64,000 nt of DNA from a virus (lineage: Duplodnaviria; Caudoviricetes). Positions 49,240-56,720 of the stretch are shown here, piece after piece; the stretch's first letter is position 1, and each line of letters starts with the position of its first letter. The notes under the pieces were generated by a model. That model was not told the origin of the DNA and searched no databases. It saw only the letters and a list, made by a program, of their open reading frames with translations. The stretch covers positions 2,227 to 66,226 of IMG/VR virus record IMGVR_UViG_3300008113_000053; one strand, written 5' to 3'. The position numbers and the translations under genes were made by a program.

Positions 49240-49580
49240 TACCCTTCGTCTGGTTTGCGCAGTTGAATGCGGTGCAAAACATGGGCTGCAGATTGAATTA
49301 CAAGTAACTCACTCTGTGTAATTTGCATGCGATCAACGATAAGTTTGTACATTTTGGCAAGGTTACCTGCGCCCATATTCCAAACCCACGTTGCTGTCTT
49401 GATGCCAGCCATGGAAGCCAACTCATCGTTGGTGCAGTGTCGATGTATGAACTGCATAGCATCCATTGTTGTGGTGTCAAGCATCTCTGCTTGAACTTCT
49501 GCCTTGTCAAGAATGCCATGACGAATCATGGCCTTGATCTGCGCAGCACTCAACTTATTTGTGTCAATTGTTTTCTTCAA
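49239..49580 (-). CDS. Hypothetical early protein
   Basis: GAAGGT RBS before TTG. Confidence 0.6.
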   Translation of the reverse strand: MKKTIDTNKLSAAQIKAMIRHGILDKAEVQAEMLDTTTMDAMQFIHRHCTNDELASMAGIKTATWVWNMGAGNLAKMYKLIVDRMQITQSELLVIQSAAHVLHRIQLRKPDEG

Positions 49581-49965
49581 TTTGTTTACCTTCTATTGTT
49601 AGGTTTGATACTTGTTGGATTGTCCATTTCTGAGGGAATAAGGCCTCGTCAATAATCTCCAACAAATCTGGGAATGACCTCTTTGTGAAAGAAGTTGCTT
49701 CTGGTTTGGTGGTACGAGCGCGAGTTTCAGCTGTAAATTTGACAAACACTTCACAGATGTACTTGTTGCTAATTTCAGTACCATAATGGTCAGCACGAGT
49801 CACGTTGTACATTCCCTCTGCGTCCATGTTGATGTCGATGTTATCAACGTAGAACTCAGTGTTAGTCAGTGTAATAGGTACAGACTTCCAGTCGTACTCT
49901 GTTGGTTTTGTCATAAGAGCCATAAACTCTGCATGCAAATTAAAACTACCATTAATCTTTGCCAT
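49564..49965 (-). CDS. Hypothetical early protein
   Basis: AAAGGAG RBS before MAKING; preceded by hairpin GGGGAGAG/CTCTCCCC. Confidence 0.65.
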   Translation of the reverse strand: MAKINGSFNLHAEFMALMTKPTEYDWKSVPITLTNTEFYVDNIDINMDAEGMYNVTRADHYGTEISNKYICEVFVKFTAETRARTTKPEATSFTKRSFPDLLEIIDEALFPQKWTIQQVSNLTIEGKQIEENN

Positions 49966-50006
49966 TTTTTCTCCTTTGGGGAGAGAATTAACTCTCCCCA
50001 TATCAA

Positions 50007-50378
50007 TTAGCTTAGTCGCAGATGCAACCAGCTGTGGTCACCACACATGGTGTCAACCATATGCTTATTAGACACAAATGTCCACTCACGCTTGTATGGT
50101 TCGCCATGCATATGGAATGAGAACAACCATTTGCCACCGTTGTACATTGGGCAGTTTGGCTCATTGCACGTTGTTGGCGCAATCATGTAACCTCTAAACG
50201 CAGGGTCACGTGCAAGACGCATGAAGTGTCCAGCATCAAAGTAAAACTCTTTGATGGGCAACTCAGTGTACTTACGTTTTGTAATGTCGATGTCAAAACC
50301 CATTGGTTGCATGGCTTCGATGTCTTCATTGGTTGCTTGTAGCACATCTTTCAGTGCCATGAAGCAATTAAGATCCAT
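50007..50378 (-). CDS. Hypothetical early protein
   Basis: 123 aa, GGAG RBS. Confidence 0.6.
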   Translation of the reverse strand: MDLNCFMALKDVLQATNEDIEAMQPMGFDIDITKRKYTELPIKEFYFDAGHFMRLARDPAFRGYMIAPTTCNEPNCPMYNGGKWLFSFHMHGEPYKREWTFVSNKHMVDTMCGDHSWLHLRLS

Positions 50379-50892
50379 TCTCTTTCTCCATTCTCTTCTT
50401 CAACTCATTCGCTCGTGCTTTCTTGAATCGCTCACTGGTTACAATGTCTTTGTAAATAGCGCGATACACAGTGCTTGGTGTCTCAACCACTATTCCGTCT
50501 GTTTTGCACATTAATGCACCCATAATTGGTGCGCTGTGTGTAAAGATGTAAGGGGCAGGTGTTTTCCGTGCCTCTACCTTGTGACCGGCGATCTCAAGGT
50601 ATTGCTCTGCCATTTCATTGGCATGAACATAATCATCAAACGTCAGCACCCATTCTTCATCGAATTCATTGCGGACGCAGACAAACTCACCGTCAAGAAC
50701 AGTGTTATCTTTTTCTTCTGTAATAGAAGTGAATAAACAGATGGGGAGCATGGATGGTTTGAGATAGTCGTTGAACTTCATTTCGTCACCATCAGCGAGT
50801 TTCTCACATTGACGCACGTATGATCGTGCAATGACTTTTTCAGTCTGTTTAAAGATGGCTGTGCCGAGTGCGAGTTTTATTTGTTTGAACAT
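50368..50892 (-). CDS. Hypothetical early protein
   Basis: 174 aa, TAGAGGTA RBS. Confidence 0.65.
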   Translation of the reverse strand: MFKQIKLALGTAIFKQTEKVIARSYVRQCEKLADGDEMKFNDYLKPSMLPICLFTSITEEKDNTVLDGEFVCVRNEFDEEWVLTFDDYVHANEMAEQYLEIAGHKVEARKTPAPYIFTHSAPIMGALMCKTDGIVVETPSTVYRAIYKDIVTSERFKKARANELKKRMEKENGS

Positions 50893-50916
50893 TTGTGTAC
50901 CTCTATAATTTGCGAC

Positions 50917-50958
50917 AAAAAAAAGGAGGAGAGGAAAGCCTAAGCCCTCCTCCCCTCC
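50917..50958 (-). terminator. Intrinsic terminator
   Basis: 15-bp stem GGAGGGGAGGAGGGC/GCTTTCCTCTCCTCC (G-U pairs valid only on minus strand) followed by T8. Confidence 0.7.
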
Positions 50959-50961
50959 AGT

Positions 50962-51426
50962 TTAAATCGCACCAATCAAACCTTCCTCGCCTTCAACGAG
51001 GTATTCCCACCATCCGTCAACGAACTCAGGGATTTGTGCGATGACGTACTTGCGTCCGCCTCCCTCAATGGTGATGTTGCCATCAGCTCCAACGAGCCAC
51101 ATGTTTTCATCCCAGCGTCCGCGTGTTTTATGCCCGGTGGCAGTCCACTCAATGCCGTAGGCAATGAATGTAGCAGTGCCCTCGTAAGACACAGTGGTTC
51201 CACTAGGGCAGTGTCCACCCTTGTTGATGACTCCATTGGCGATTGCGAGTTGTACCAAGTCGCGCATCTCAGCACGGGATATGGCTAATGCTGCAAGTTG
51301 AAGTGAAGTATCAATGTTAATGCTACGCATCCATTCCCACCGACGCTTGCGTACAAGCTCAAGGTGGTCTTGGCGAGCATATAATTGCTCCCTCCATTGT
51401 TCATCGGCTGTCTTCTCTTGTGTCAT
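50962..51426 (-). CDS. Hypothetical early protein
   Basis: GAGGAGG RBS, TAATG coupling. Confidence 0.65.
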   Translation of the reverse strand: MTQEKTADEQWREQLYARQDHLELVRKRRWEWMRSINIDTSLQLAALAISRAEMRDLVQLAIANGVINKGGHCPSGTTVSYEGTATFIAYGIEWTATGHKTRGRWDENMWLVGADGNITIEGGGRKYVIAQIPEFVDGWWEYLVEGEEGLIGAI

Positions 51427-51659
51427 TACTTGCCTCCTCTCATCTTCCGCAACAACTGATTGTCGATTGACCCGAAGGACACATCAACGTATCCATCACT
51501 GTCATCAATCAGCCAAAGGTCATCCTTTGTCAGTGGGCGATCAGCCATTGCTTTGTACATGGCGCGTCGTGCCTCATTGATTGGACGGCGTGGGGTCTTG
51601 ACTTGTGTAGCCACGACCCAAACTCCGTCACGATAGCGTGTGCGTTGCATATGATCCAT
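51426..51659 (-). CDS. Hypothetical early protein
   Basis: GGAGGAG RBS before MDHMQR (ATG 51659). Confidence 0.6.
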   Translation of the reverse strand: MDHMQRTRYRDGVWVVATQVKTPRRPINEARRAMYKAMADRPLTKDDLWLIDDSDGYVDVSFGSIDNQLLRKMRGGK

Positions 51660-51790
51660 TACTTGACTCCTCCATAGTGGTGCATTGGGAGCTGCGAAAG
51701 CCCCCAATACATGAACAACAAACCAGCGACGATGATGATAGCGGTAAGCCCATTCTTGATGAACTCGATATCGCTTTTATGCAGTCTCAT
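51659..51790 (-). CDS. 43-aa single-TM protein (not in ORF track)
   Basis: MRLHKSDIEFIKNGLTAIIIVAGLLFMYWGLSQLPMHHYGGVK; TAATG-coupled at both ends. Confidence 0.65.
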   Translation of the reverse strand: MRLHKSDIEFIKNGLTAIIIVAGLLFMYWGLSQLPMHHYGGVK

Positions 51791-52026
51791 TAACGCATTC
51801 CTTCCAGCATATGCAGTGTGTCAGTAAAGTCACGTGGGACCTTGTTACAGGTGAGGAAAACAGCCATCTCAGTAGCTGCCTTCATAAAGTCCTTCACTGT
51901 GTACCAATTGGAACTCTTACTGCTCAACCGTGATTGACCAAGCGAAAGAGTGATTGTATGAAACCCTTGCGAGTAGACAATCTGTATACGGATACCGGAA
52001 GGGGTTGTGATGTCTGCGTCTAACAT
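51790..52026 (-). CDS. Hypothetical early protein
   Basis: CAGAGGTA RBS, TAATG coupling. Confidence 0.6.
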   Translation of the reverse strand: MLDADITTPSGIRIQIVYSQGFHTITLSLGQSRLSSKSSNWYTVKDFMKAATEMAVFLTCNKVPRDFTDTLHMLEGMR

Positions 52027-52319
52027 TATTCTGTTACCTCTGTTCGTGTGTATGTGGCGCAACCAGCCGCAAAGCTGTCATGTGTCCACTGGCGAGTCAT
52101 GTGGACAAGATCCGTAGCATGAAGCTCACCGTTATGCGTAGTCTTCATAATTTCATTACAAGCAAAGAACAACCGGCAGATGAGGTCTGCATCATGGTCG
52201 TTGTGGTACTCGTTGACAATAGAGGTCTCGTTAGACCAAAGCTCTGTGATAGTCCACGTCGCGATAAGACGGGGGACTACAATACTCTGTGTGCGTGGGG
52301 TGTGTGTAGCAAAGGACAT
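52026..52319 (-). CDS. Hypothetical early protein
   Basis: GAAGAGGT RBS. Confidence 0.6.
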   Translation of the reverse strand: MSFATHTPRTQSIVVPRLIATWTITELWSNETSIVNEYHNDHDADLICRLFFACNEIMKTTHNGELHATDLVHMTRQWTHDSFAAGCATYTRTEVTE

Positions 52320-52407
52320 AACTCAACCTCTTCTTGTGTGGTTAAAAATTTTGGATTTTTTTTGGGAGACCACACCCGGTATTGTGTACCGAGTGTGGTC
52401 ATTGGGG

Positions 52408-52734
52408 TTAGAACCGCTTCAGACCAGCGTAGTCCAAAGCCATCTTCACCGTATCGGCTACCGGGTCGGCAACCTTCACAGGTGATGCATCCACCCAAGT
52501 CACAGACTTGAAATCCTTCAAGGATTCTGCAATGAACATGAAGGTTTCAGCGTCCATTCTGCCCGTGGTCTGTTCAATAGCAGCAGCAGTGATGATTGAC
52601 TTGACCTGTGTCTGAGCGAACAGGTTCGATGCGCTAGGCGTGATGAACATCGCGACCCGTTGTACGGTCGATGTCAATGCAGGAGCCTTAGCGGTGATGT
52701 TGGCGAGGGTCGTTTTGAGTTCAGCGTGTGTCAT
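52408..52734 (-). CDS. First gene of the leftward early cluster
   Basis: AAGGATGG RBS before MTHAELK (alternative start 52746). Confidence 0.6.
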   Translation of the reverse strand: MTHAELKTTLANITAKAPALTSTVQRVAMFITPSASNLFAQTQVKSIITAAAIEQTTGRMDAETFMFIAESLKDFKSVTWVDASPVKVADPVADTVKMALDYAGLKRF

Positions 52735-52777
52735 AGTGTTTACCATCCTTAGTGTGTTAGAGAGTATGTGTGTCGTA

Positions 52778-52793
52778 ATGATACCGTACGTCA
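52778..52793 (-). promoter_or_regulatory. Variant phage promoter motif TGACGTACGG-TATCAT
   Basis: 13/16 match to the motif; about 30-45 nt upstream of the first early gene. Confidence 0.5.
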
Positions 52794-53040
52794 CATATCC
52801 GATAGGGTATCGTGTGTGTTACATACCAGACCGGGTGGTCGGTATGCCATATAAAGTGGCGGGGTTTAGCGGTGGTTATCAGGTGGATGGGTGGGGGTGG
52901 GTGTGGTGGTGGCATGGCAAGCCCCTGCCGGGGTGCTCCACCAGTCATTGGGACTCCAACAGCTATATTCTCTCTCCTCTCTCCTCTATATCTCCTCACG
53001 GAGAAGATACTCTCTAACCTCCTATAACATCCATATAACC

Positions 53041-53059
53041 TGATATACTTACGGTATGT
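53041..53059 (+). promoter_or_regulatory. Extended -10 (TGnTATACT) overlapping the TACTTACGGTAT motif
   Basis: TGATATACT at 53041-53049 predicts +1 near 53056-53058, the 5' end of the tRNA-like RNA. Confidence 0.5.
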
Positions 53060-53167
53060 ACTACTCGCTACCTCTGCAAAGGCCATACCTGTGACCCGGC
53101 GGCAGTTTGGGGTCAGCTCTGTAATTCGCATCTCGCCCCAAGACGGTTGGAATCCGTCAGTAGTACA
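53057..53167 (+). ncRNA. tRNA-like structured RNA without a canonical anticodon arm
   Basis: 9-bp closing stem TGTACTACT/AGTAGTACA stacked on T-arm GACGG-TTGGAAT-CCGTC; inner TTGGGG/CCCCAA stem. Confidence 0.6.
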
Positions 53168-53172
53168 GACCT

Positions 53173-53244
53173 TCCTACTTAGCTCAGCGGAAGAGCGTTC
53201 GGCTGTTAACCGAATGGTCGCTGGTTCGATCCCAGCAGTAGGAG
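53173..53244 (+). tRNA. tRNA-Asn (GTT), CCA not encoded
   Basis: TCCTACT/AGTAGGA acceptor, GCTC/GAGC D-arm, TTCGG-CTGTTAA-CCGAA, GCTGG-TTCGATC-CCAGC. Confidence 0.95.
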
Positions 53245-53273
53245 TTCCCTCATGCATGTAAACGCACCGGGGA

Positions 53274-53327
53274 TGACGTTATGCCTTGTGGACCTTTCTC
53301 ATCTTTCTGCCACAGGGCGTAGCGTTA
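53274..53327 (+). ncRNA. 18-bp hairpin with pyrimidine-rich anti-SD-like loop
   Basis: TGACGTTATGCCTTGTGG/CCACAGGGCGTAGCGTTA with four G-U pairs; loop ACCTTTCTCATCTTTCTG. Confidence 0.6.
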
Positions 53328-53334
53328 TGATAGA

Positions 53335-53412
53335 GTAGAGTTGCCACCGAGAGGTGAGCTGTATAGAAAGAACAGAAACCTCCTCTTCTGTCCCGACATA
53401 TACTAACTCTGC
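53335..53412 (+). ncRNA. Three-way-junction RNA with GNRA hairpin and ACCUCCUC loop
   Basis: GTAGAGTT/AACTCTGC; CACC-GAGA-GGTG; GTATA/TATAC; ACAGAA-ACCTCCTC-TTCTGT. Confidence 0.55.
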
Positions 53413-53418
53413 AAACAG

Positions 53419-53449
53419 AAAAGACCAGTCAGCCACGCTGGTCTTTTTT
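53419..53449 (+). terminator. Intrinsic terminator closing the RNA cluster
   Basis: AAAAGACCAGT-CAGCCAC-GCTGGTCTTTTTT. Confidence 0.75.
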
Positions 53450-53466
53450 GTTGCTATACTAACAAC

Positions 53467-53877
53467 ATGTACGAATATGGAATCAAATACAAACGTGTCA
53501 TTGACGGAGATACTTTCGTCTGCGATATCGATCTTGGTTTTGGGATATGGCTTGCTGATCAGCACTGTAGGCTGCATGGAATTGATACGCCTGAGAAGAC
53601 TACGGCAGAAGGCAAAGAATGCATCCTTGAAGCCAAGTTCTGGTTTGATGACGCAGCAGCCAAGCTCGAAAAGTTCTCAATCCAAGTAGAAGCTAAGGCA
53701 GACAAGTATGGTCGCAGGTTGGTCAACGTACGCACTGACAAGTCACCTTGCACACTAAACGAGCAACTAGTGCGAGACGGACACGCTGTCCCATATTCTG
53801 GTGGAAATAAACAACTAGCTTGGGCTAAGCCACCGATAAACCGAAAACGGATTACAGCAGTACCAGTTGTTGAATAA
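53467..53877 (+). CDS. Thermonuclease (SNase-like)
   Basis: RVIDGDT, DLGF, RLHGIDTPE, DKYGR, LNEQLVRDGHA. Confidence 0.85.
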   Translation: MYEYGIKYKRVIDGDTFVCDIDLGFGIWLADQHCRLHGIDTPEKTTAEGKECILEAKFWFDDAAAKLEKFSIQVEAKADKYGRRLVNVRTDKSPCTLNEQLVRDGHAVPYSGGNKQLAWAKPPINRKRITAVPVVE

Positions 53878-53905
53878 AAAAAGCCCCTCTGTGAAGGGGC
53901 TTTTT
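53876..53905 (+). terminator. Intrinsic (possibly bidirectional) terminator
   Basis: A7-GCCCCT-CTGTGA-AGGGGC-T5. Confidence 0.75.
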
Positions 53906-53988
53906 ACTTCGCTCGACCTAAATGTCATATCGGCATGATGGGTGGACTTTTTAAGTTTTCATCGCGTTGCACACACATAATACCATAC

Positions 53989-54004
53989 TTACCTACGGTA
54001 TAAT
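53989..54004 (+). promoter_or_regulatory. Phage promoter motif TTACCTACGG-TATAAT
   Basis: 15/16 match; tRNA-Leu begins 8 nt after the TATAAT. Confidence 0.75.
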
Positions 54005-54012
54005 ATGACAAG

Positions 54013-54096
54013 GCTCCGGTGGTGGAATGGTAGACACGACAGACTTAAAATCTGTTATCGCAAGGTGTACGGGTTCGAGTCCCGTCTGGAGCACCA
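54013..54096 (+). tRNA. tRNA-Leu (TAA), CCA encoded
   Basis: GCTCCGG/CTGGAGC acceptor plus ACCA; ACAGA-CTTAAAA-TCTGT; long variable arm; ACGGG-TTCGAGT-CCCGT. Confidence 0.95.
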
Positions 54097-54119
54097 ATGT
54101 GCAGATAAATGGTAGATAA

Positions 54120-54764
54120 ATGGCAGCTACACTTAAGTATATTCAACCAGACGCAGAAGAATTTATGATTCACCTAGCTCGTGTATCATCCGACAACGAA
54201 AATAACCCTAATTACGAACGATTACTCAACTACTGCATGAAAGAAGGCCATTGGTCTGTATTTGAAATGGTTGACGTAACCATGGAAATTTATACGTCTA
54301 GGGCTGTATCCGCACAAATATTGCGCCATAGAAGCTTTCGCTTCCAAGAATTCAGTCAACGGTATTCTGATCCTAGCAAGATTGAGATGGACCTGCCTGT
54401 TATGCGTCGCAAAGGCAGCACTAACAGACAGGGGAGCGTCCCATTTGAAGATGAGGAAACACAATTCCAAATGAACAACAAAGCACTTGCTCCAGTTCTT
54501 GTTGCTATACGCGCATATAACGATCTTGTGCAGTCAGGGGTAGCCTTAGAGTCAGCTCGCATGGTATTGCCTTTGTGTGTAGGCACACGCCTCTACATGA
54601 AAGGCACTGTGCGTGACTGGATGCACTACTGCCGTGTCCGCATGGATAAGCACACACAGGAAGAGCATCGCTTAGTCGCTACAGATTGCTGGAATGTACT
54701 AAAAGAAGTGCTTCCTGTTACAACAACAGCCTTTGAAAAATACCATTTAGGGTCTGAATCATGA
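54120..54764 (+). CDS. thyX: FAD-dependent thymidylate synthase
   Basis: GHWSVFE, RHRSFRFQEFSQRY, ESARMVLP, TQEEHR. Confidence 0.95.
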   Translation: MAATLKYIQPDAEEFMIHLARVSSDNENNPNYERLLNYCMKEGHWSVFEMVDVTMEIYTSRAVSAQILRHRSFRFQEFSQRYSDPSKIEMDLPVMRRKGSTNRQGSVPFEDEETQFQMNNKALAPVLVAIRAYNDLVQSGVALESARMVLPLCVGTRLYMKGTVRDWMHYCRVRMDKHTQEEHRLVATDCWNVLKEVLPVTTTAFEKYHLGSES

Positions 54765-55006
54765 CGTTGTTGATTGATATAGGCGTTGATTCTGATATTC
54801 GTGTTGAAGAATTGCCTTCGGGAGCGTTTGAAATTACGCTACATGGCCACAAAATCAACAGTCCGGACATCGGAACGGCTTGTACGGTAATTTATTTAAA
54901 AATGATGCATGGAGTAAAGGTTCCATGCAGATTTTTTATAGAATTACAACAACGTGCAATAGAAGAGTATTACTTACGGTATACTGAAAGACATGAACCT
55001 ACTTAA
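54761..55006 (+). CDS. Hypothetical protein
   Basis: ATGA coupling to thyX. Confidence 0.6.
   Translation: MTLLIDIGVDSDIRVEELPSGAFEITLHGHKINSPDIGTACTVIYLKMMHGVKVPCRFFIELQQRAIEEYYLRYTERHEPT
54970..54985 (+). promoter_or_regulatory. Phage promoter motif TTACTTACGG-TATACT
   Basis: 15/16 match; ATG 54993 follows 7 nt later. Confidence 0.65.
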
Positions 55007-55226
55007 ACCCGGACCCGGATGTAATATTTCCGTAACGCAATCGTTGGATTTTACAGAAAACAACAACATCTTGTTTACTGTAACGATGAATGGCACAGAA
55101 CTAGTCAAAGGTAACGTTGTTACTGTAGCCAAGTGGATGTGTGACGCAGCTACAGACGTAGAAATCAAGGTACCTAGCAAGTTTGTTATTAGTTTTGTGA
55201 AAATGGCGTTGGAATCCGTATCGTGA
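54993..55226 (+). CDS. Hypothetical protein (probable paralog of 54761..55006)
   Basis: Shared KVP.(R/K)F.I block; GTGA coupling to dut. Confidence 0.6.
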   Translation: MNLLKPGPGCNISVTQSLDFTENNNILFTVTMNGTELVKGNVVTVAKWMCDAATDVEIKVPSKFVISFVKMALESVS

Positions 55227-55687
55227 AGCTAGAGGTTGAATGGTGCGGTAAGCCAGAAGACGATTATCGCACCTTTCTTCCTGTCCGCAAGACACCAGCG
55301 TCTTCAGGTGTAGATCTTAAAGCGTACAACGCTAGGCCAATTACAATCAAACCCGGCTGTAATGCACTTATAAACACTGGATGGAAGGTTAAAATCCCGG
55401 AAGGTTATGAAGCGCAAGTCCGATCTCGTTCTGGATTAGCGTATAAGCAATCCATATGGGTACAAAACTGCCCCGGAACTATTGATCAGGACTATCAAGG
55501 GGAAATTCTTGTATTGCTATATAACGGCAGTCAAGACAATAGGGTTATTTTAAAAGGTATGGCTATTGCGCAATTAGTAATTGCTCCAGTAGTACTTCCT
55601 GACATTGTTGCTGTTGCAGATGATGTTTTATTTGAGATTCCAACACAACGTAAAGACGGTGGATTTGGAAGCACTGGTGATTATTAA
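55223..55687 (+). CDS. dut: Trimeric dUTPase
   Basis: SGVDL, RSRSGLA, GTIDQDYQGE, IAQLV, RKDGGFGSTG. Confidence 0.95.
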   Translation: MKLEVEWCGKPEDDYRTFLPVRKTPASSGVDLKAYNARPITIKPGCNALINTGWKVKIPEGYEAQVRSRSGLAYKQSIWVQNCPGTIDQDYQGEILVLLYNGSQDNRVILKGMAIAQLVIAPVVLPDIVAVADDVLFEIPTQRKDGGFGSTGDY

Positions 55688-55992
55688 TGCATTTTGAACA
55701 CTATAGGAATAAATATCAAACAGTAGACGTAGCTACTGATTGGAATTTATCAGGACCTTTGTTTAATGTATTGAAATACATTCAACGACGCGGAAGAAAA
55801 GACAGTAATTCTACGCAACAAGACTTATTAAAAGCTATTTGGTACTTAGTTTATGAGTTAACAAAGGATAAAGATCTCTGTAATAACACTATAGAGAGCC
55901 TTGGGGTTAAACTTTATGAAGTTAAAAAAAGTGAGCTTTGTGCATGCCCAGAGTGCAGAAAAGCTAGACTTGTAACTCAAAAACAGCTATAA
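55687..55992 (+). CDS. DUF3310-like protein
   Basis: EHY...NVLKYIQRRGRK...QDLLKAIWYL; C-terminal CxCxxC. Confidence 0.7.
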   Translation: MHFEHYRNKYQTVDVATDWNLSGPLFNVLKYIQRRGRKDSNSTQQDLLKAIWYLVYELTKDKDLCNNTIESLGVKLYEVKKSELCACPECRKARLVTQKQL

Positions 55993-56039
55993 TCAGGCAC
56001 CCTGAAACAATATCAAACAGGGACAACAACTACCAAAAG

Positions 56040-56072
56040 ATAACGAGGGAGCTTTAAAAACTCCCTCGTTAT
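56040..56072. terminator. Hairpin between convergent genes
   Basis: ATAACGAGGGAG-N9-CTCCCTCGTTAT. Confidence 0.65.
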
Positions 56073-56076
56073 TTGT

Positions 56077-56220
56077 TTAACAGGTACACTTACTTGCTGG
56101 TTTTTTGCAGTGAGTACACATCTTTTCTCCGTTGTGATCCATATCATCACCTTTATACATGCCCTTTTTCATGCCTTTTTTCATGCCTGAATACATGCCT
56201 TTTTTAACTTCAGCTGCCAT
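56077..56220 (-). CDS. 47-aa KKGM-repeat protein with CxxC-x6-CxC tail (not in ORF track)
   Basis: MAAEVKKGMYSGMKKGMKKGMYKGDDMDHNGEKMCTHCKKPASKCTC; GGAGGT RBS, TAATG coupling. Confidence 0.7.
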   Translation of the reverse strand: MAAEVKKGMYSGMKKGMKKGMYKGDDMDHNGEKMCTHCKKPASKCTC

Positions 56221-56558
56221 TACATACCTCCCATTGCGCCCGGTGGCATACCGCCTTGTCCCTGTGGAGACATTCCGCCTTGTTCACCGCCACCGCCACC
56301 GCCGTGCATCTGCTTGTAGAGCTGCACAAGCTGGACTTGCATCTGTTTAAATTCATCTTCAGACTTAATTGCGCCTGATTGATACAGTTGAGTTAAGCCT
56401 TCCATTGCGCCTTTAATATCGCCCTGCTTAACCATTTCTACGATCTGCTCAAGCGGATTACCGCCACCCTGCCCACCACCTTCTTGCGGTGGCATCTGCT
56501 GTGGCTCATTACCGGCACGGACCATTCCAGATAATTCTGGCATTTGACTAGGTGGCAT
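56220..56558 (-). CDS. G/Q/M/P-rich low-complexity protein
   Basis: Helical core flanked by GGGQGGG/GGMPPG tracts; AGGAAG RBS before ATG 56558. Confidence 0.65.
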   Translation of the reverse strand: MPPSQMPELSGMVRAGNEPQQMPPQEGGGQGGGNPLEQIVEMVKQGDIKGAMEGLTQLYQSGAIKSEDEFKQMQVQLVQLYKQMHGGGGGGEQGGMSPQGQGGMPPGAMGGM

Positions 56559-56673
56559 TTTTAACACTCTTCCTTTTTTTCAACTCCATTGAGATGAATA
56601 CCCACATTTTAACTAAAACTTTATCAGAAAGCACTAACAGTAAATACTTAAACAATAGTTTTAACAGATTCAC
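56548..56673 (-). CDS. 41-aa hydrophobic/basic peptide (not in ORF track)
   Basis: AGGAGG 6 nt before GTG; MNLLKLLFKYLLLVLSDKVLVKMWVFISMELKKRKSVKNAT; overlaps the next start. Confidence 0.5.
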   Translation of the reverse strand: MNLLKLLFKYLLLVLSDKVLVKMWVFISMELKKRKSVKNAT

Positions 56674-56686
56674 TAATAACCTCCTA

Positions 56687-56702
56687 TTACTTACGGTATA
56701 AT
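56687..56702 (+). promoter_or_regulatory. Phage promoter motif TTACTTACGG-TATAAT
   Basis: Exact copy, directly upstream of the GGAGG RBS of ssb. Confidence 0.75.
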
Positions 56703-56720
56703 TAGCACTGGAGGAACACT

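Noticed and set aside
53245-53330. Theta/HDV-like ribozyme after tRNA-Asn
   Set aside because: Could not build the nested double pseudoknot; the sequence folds as simple hairpins.
52757-53689. ORF-track entries 52757..53257, 52812..53027, 53299..53577 and 53354..53689
   Set aside because: They overlap the tRNA, structured RNAs or the thermonuclease, lack RBSs and have atypical composition.
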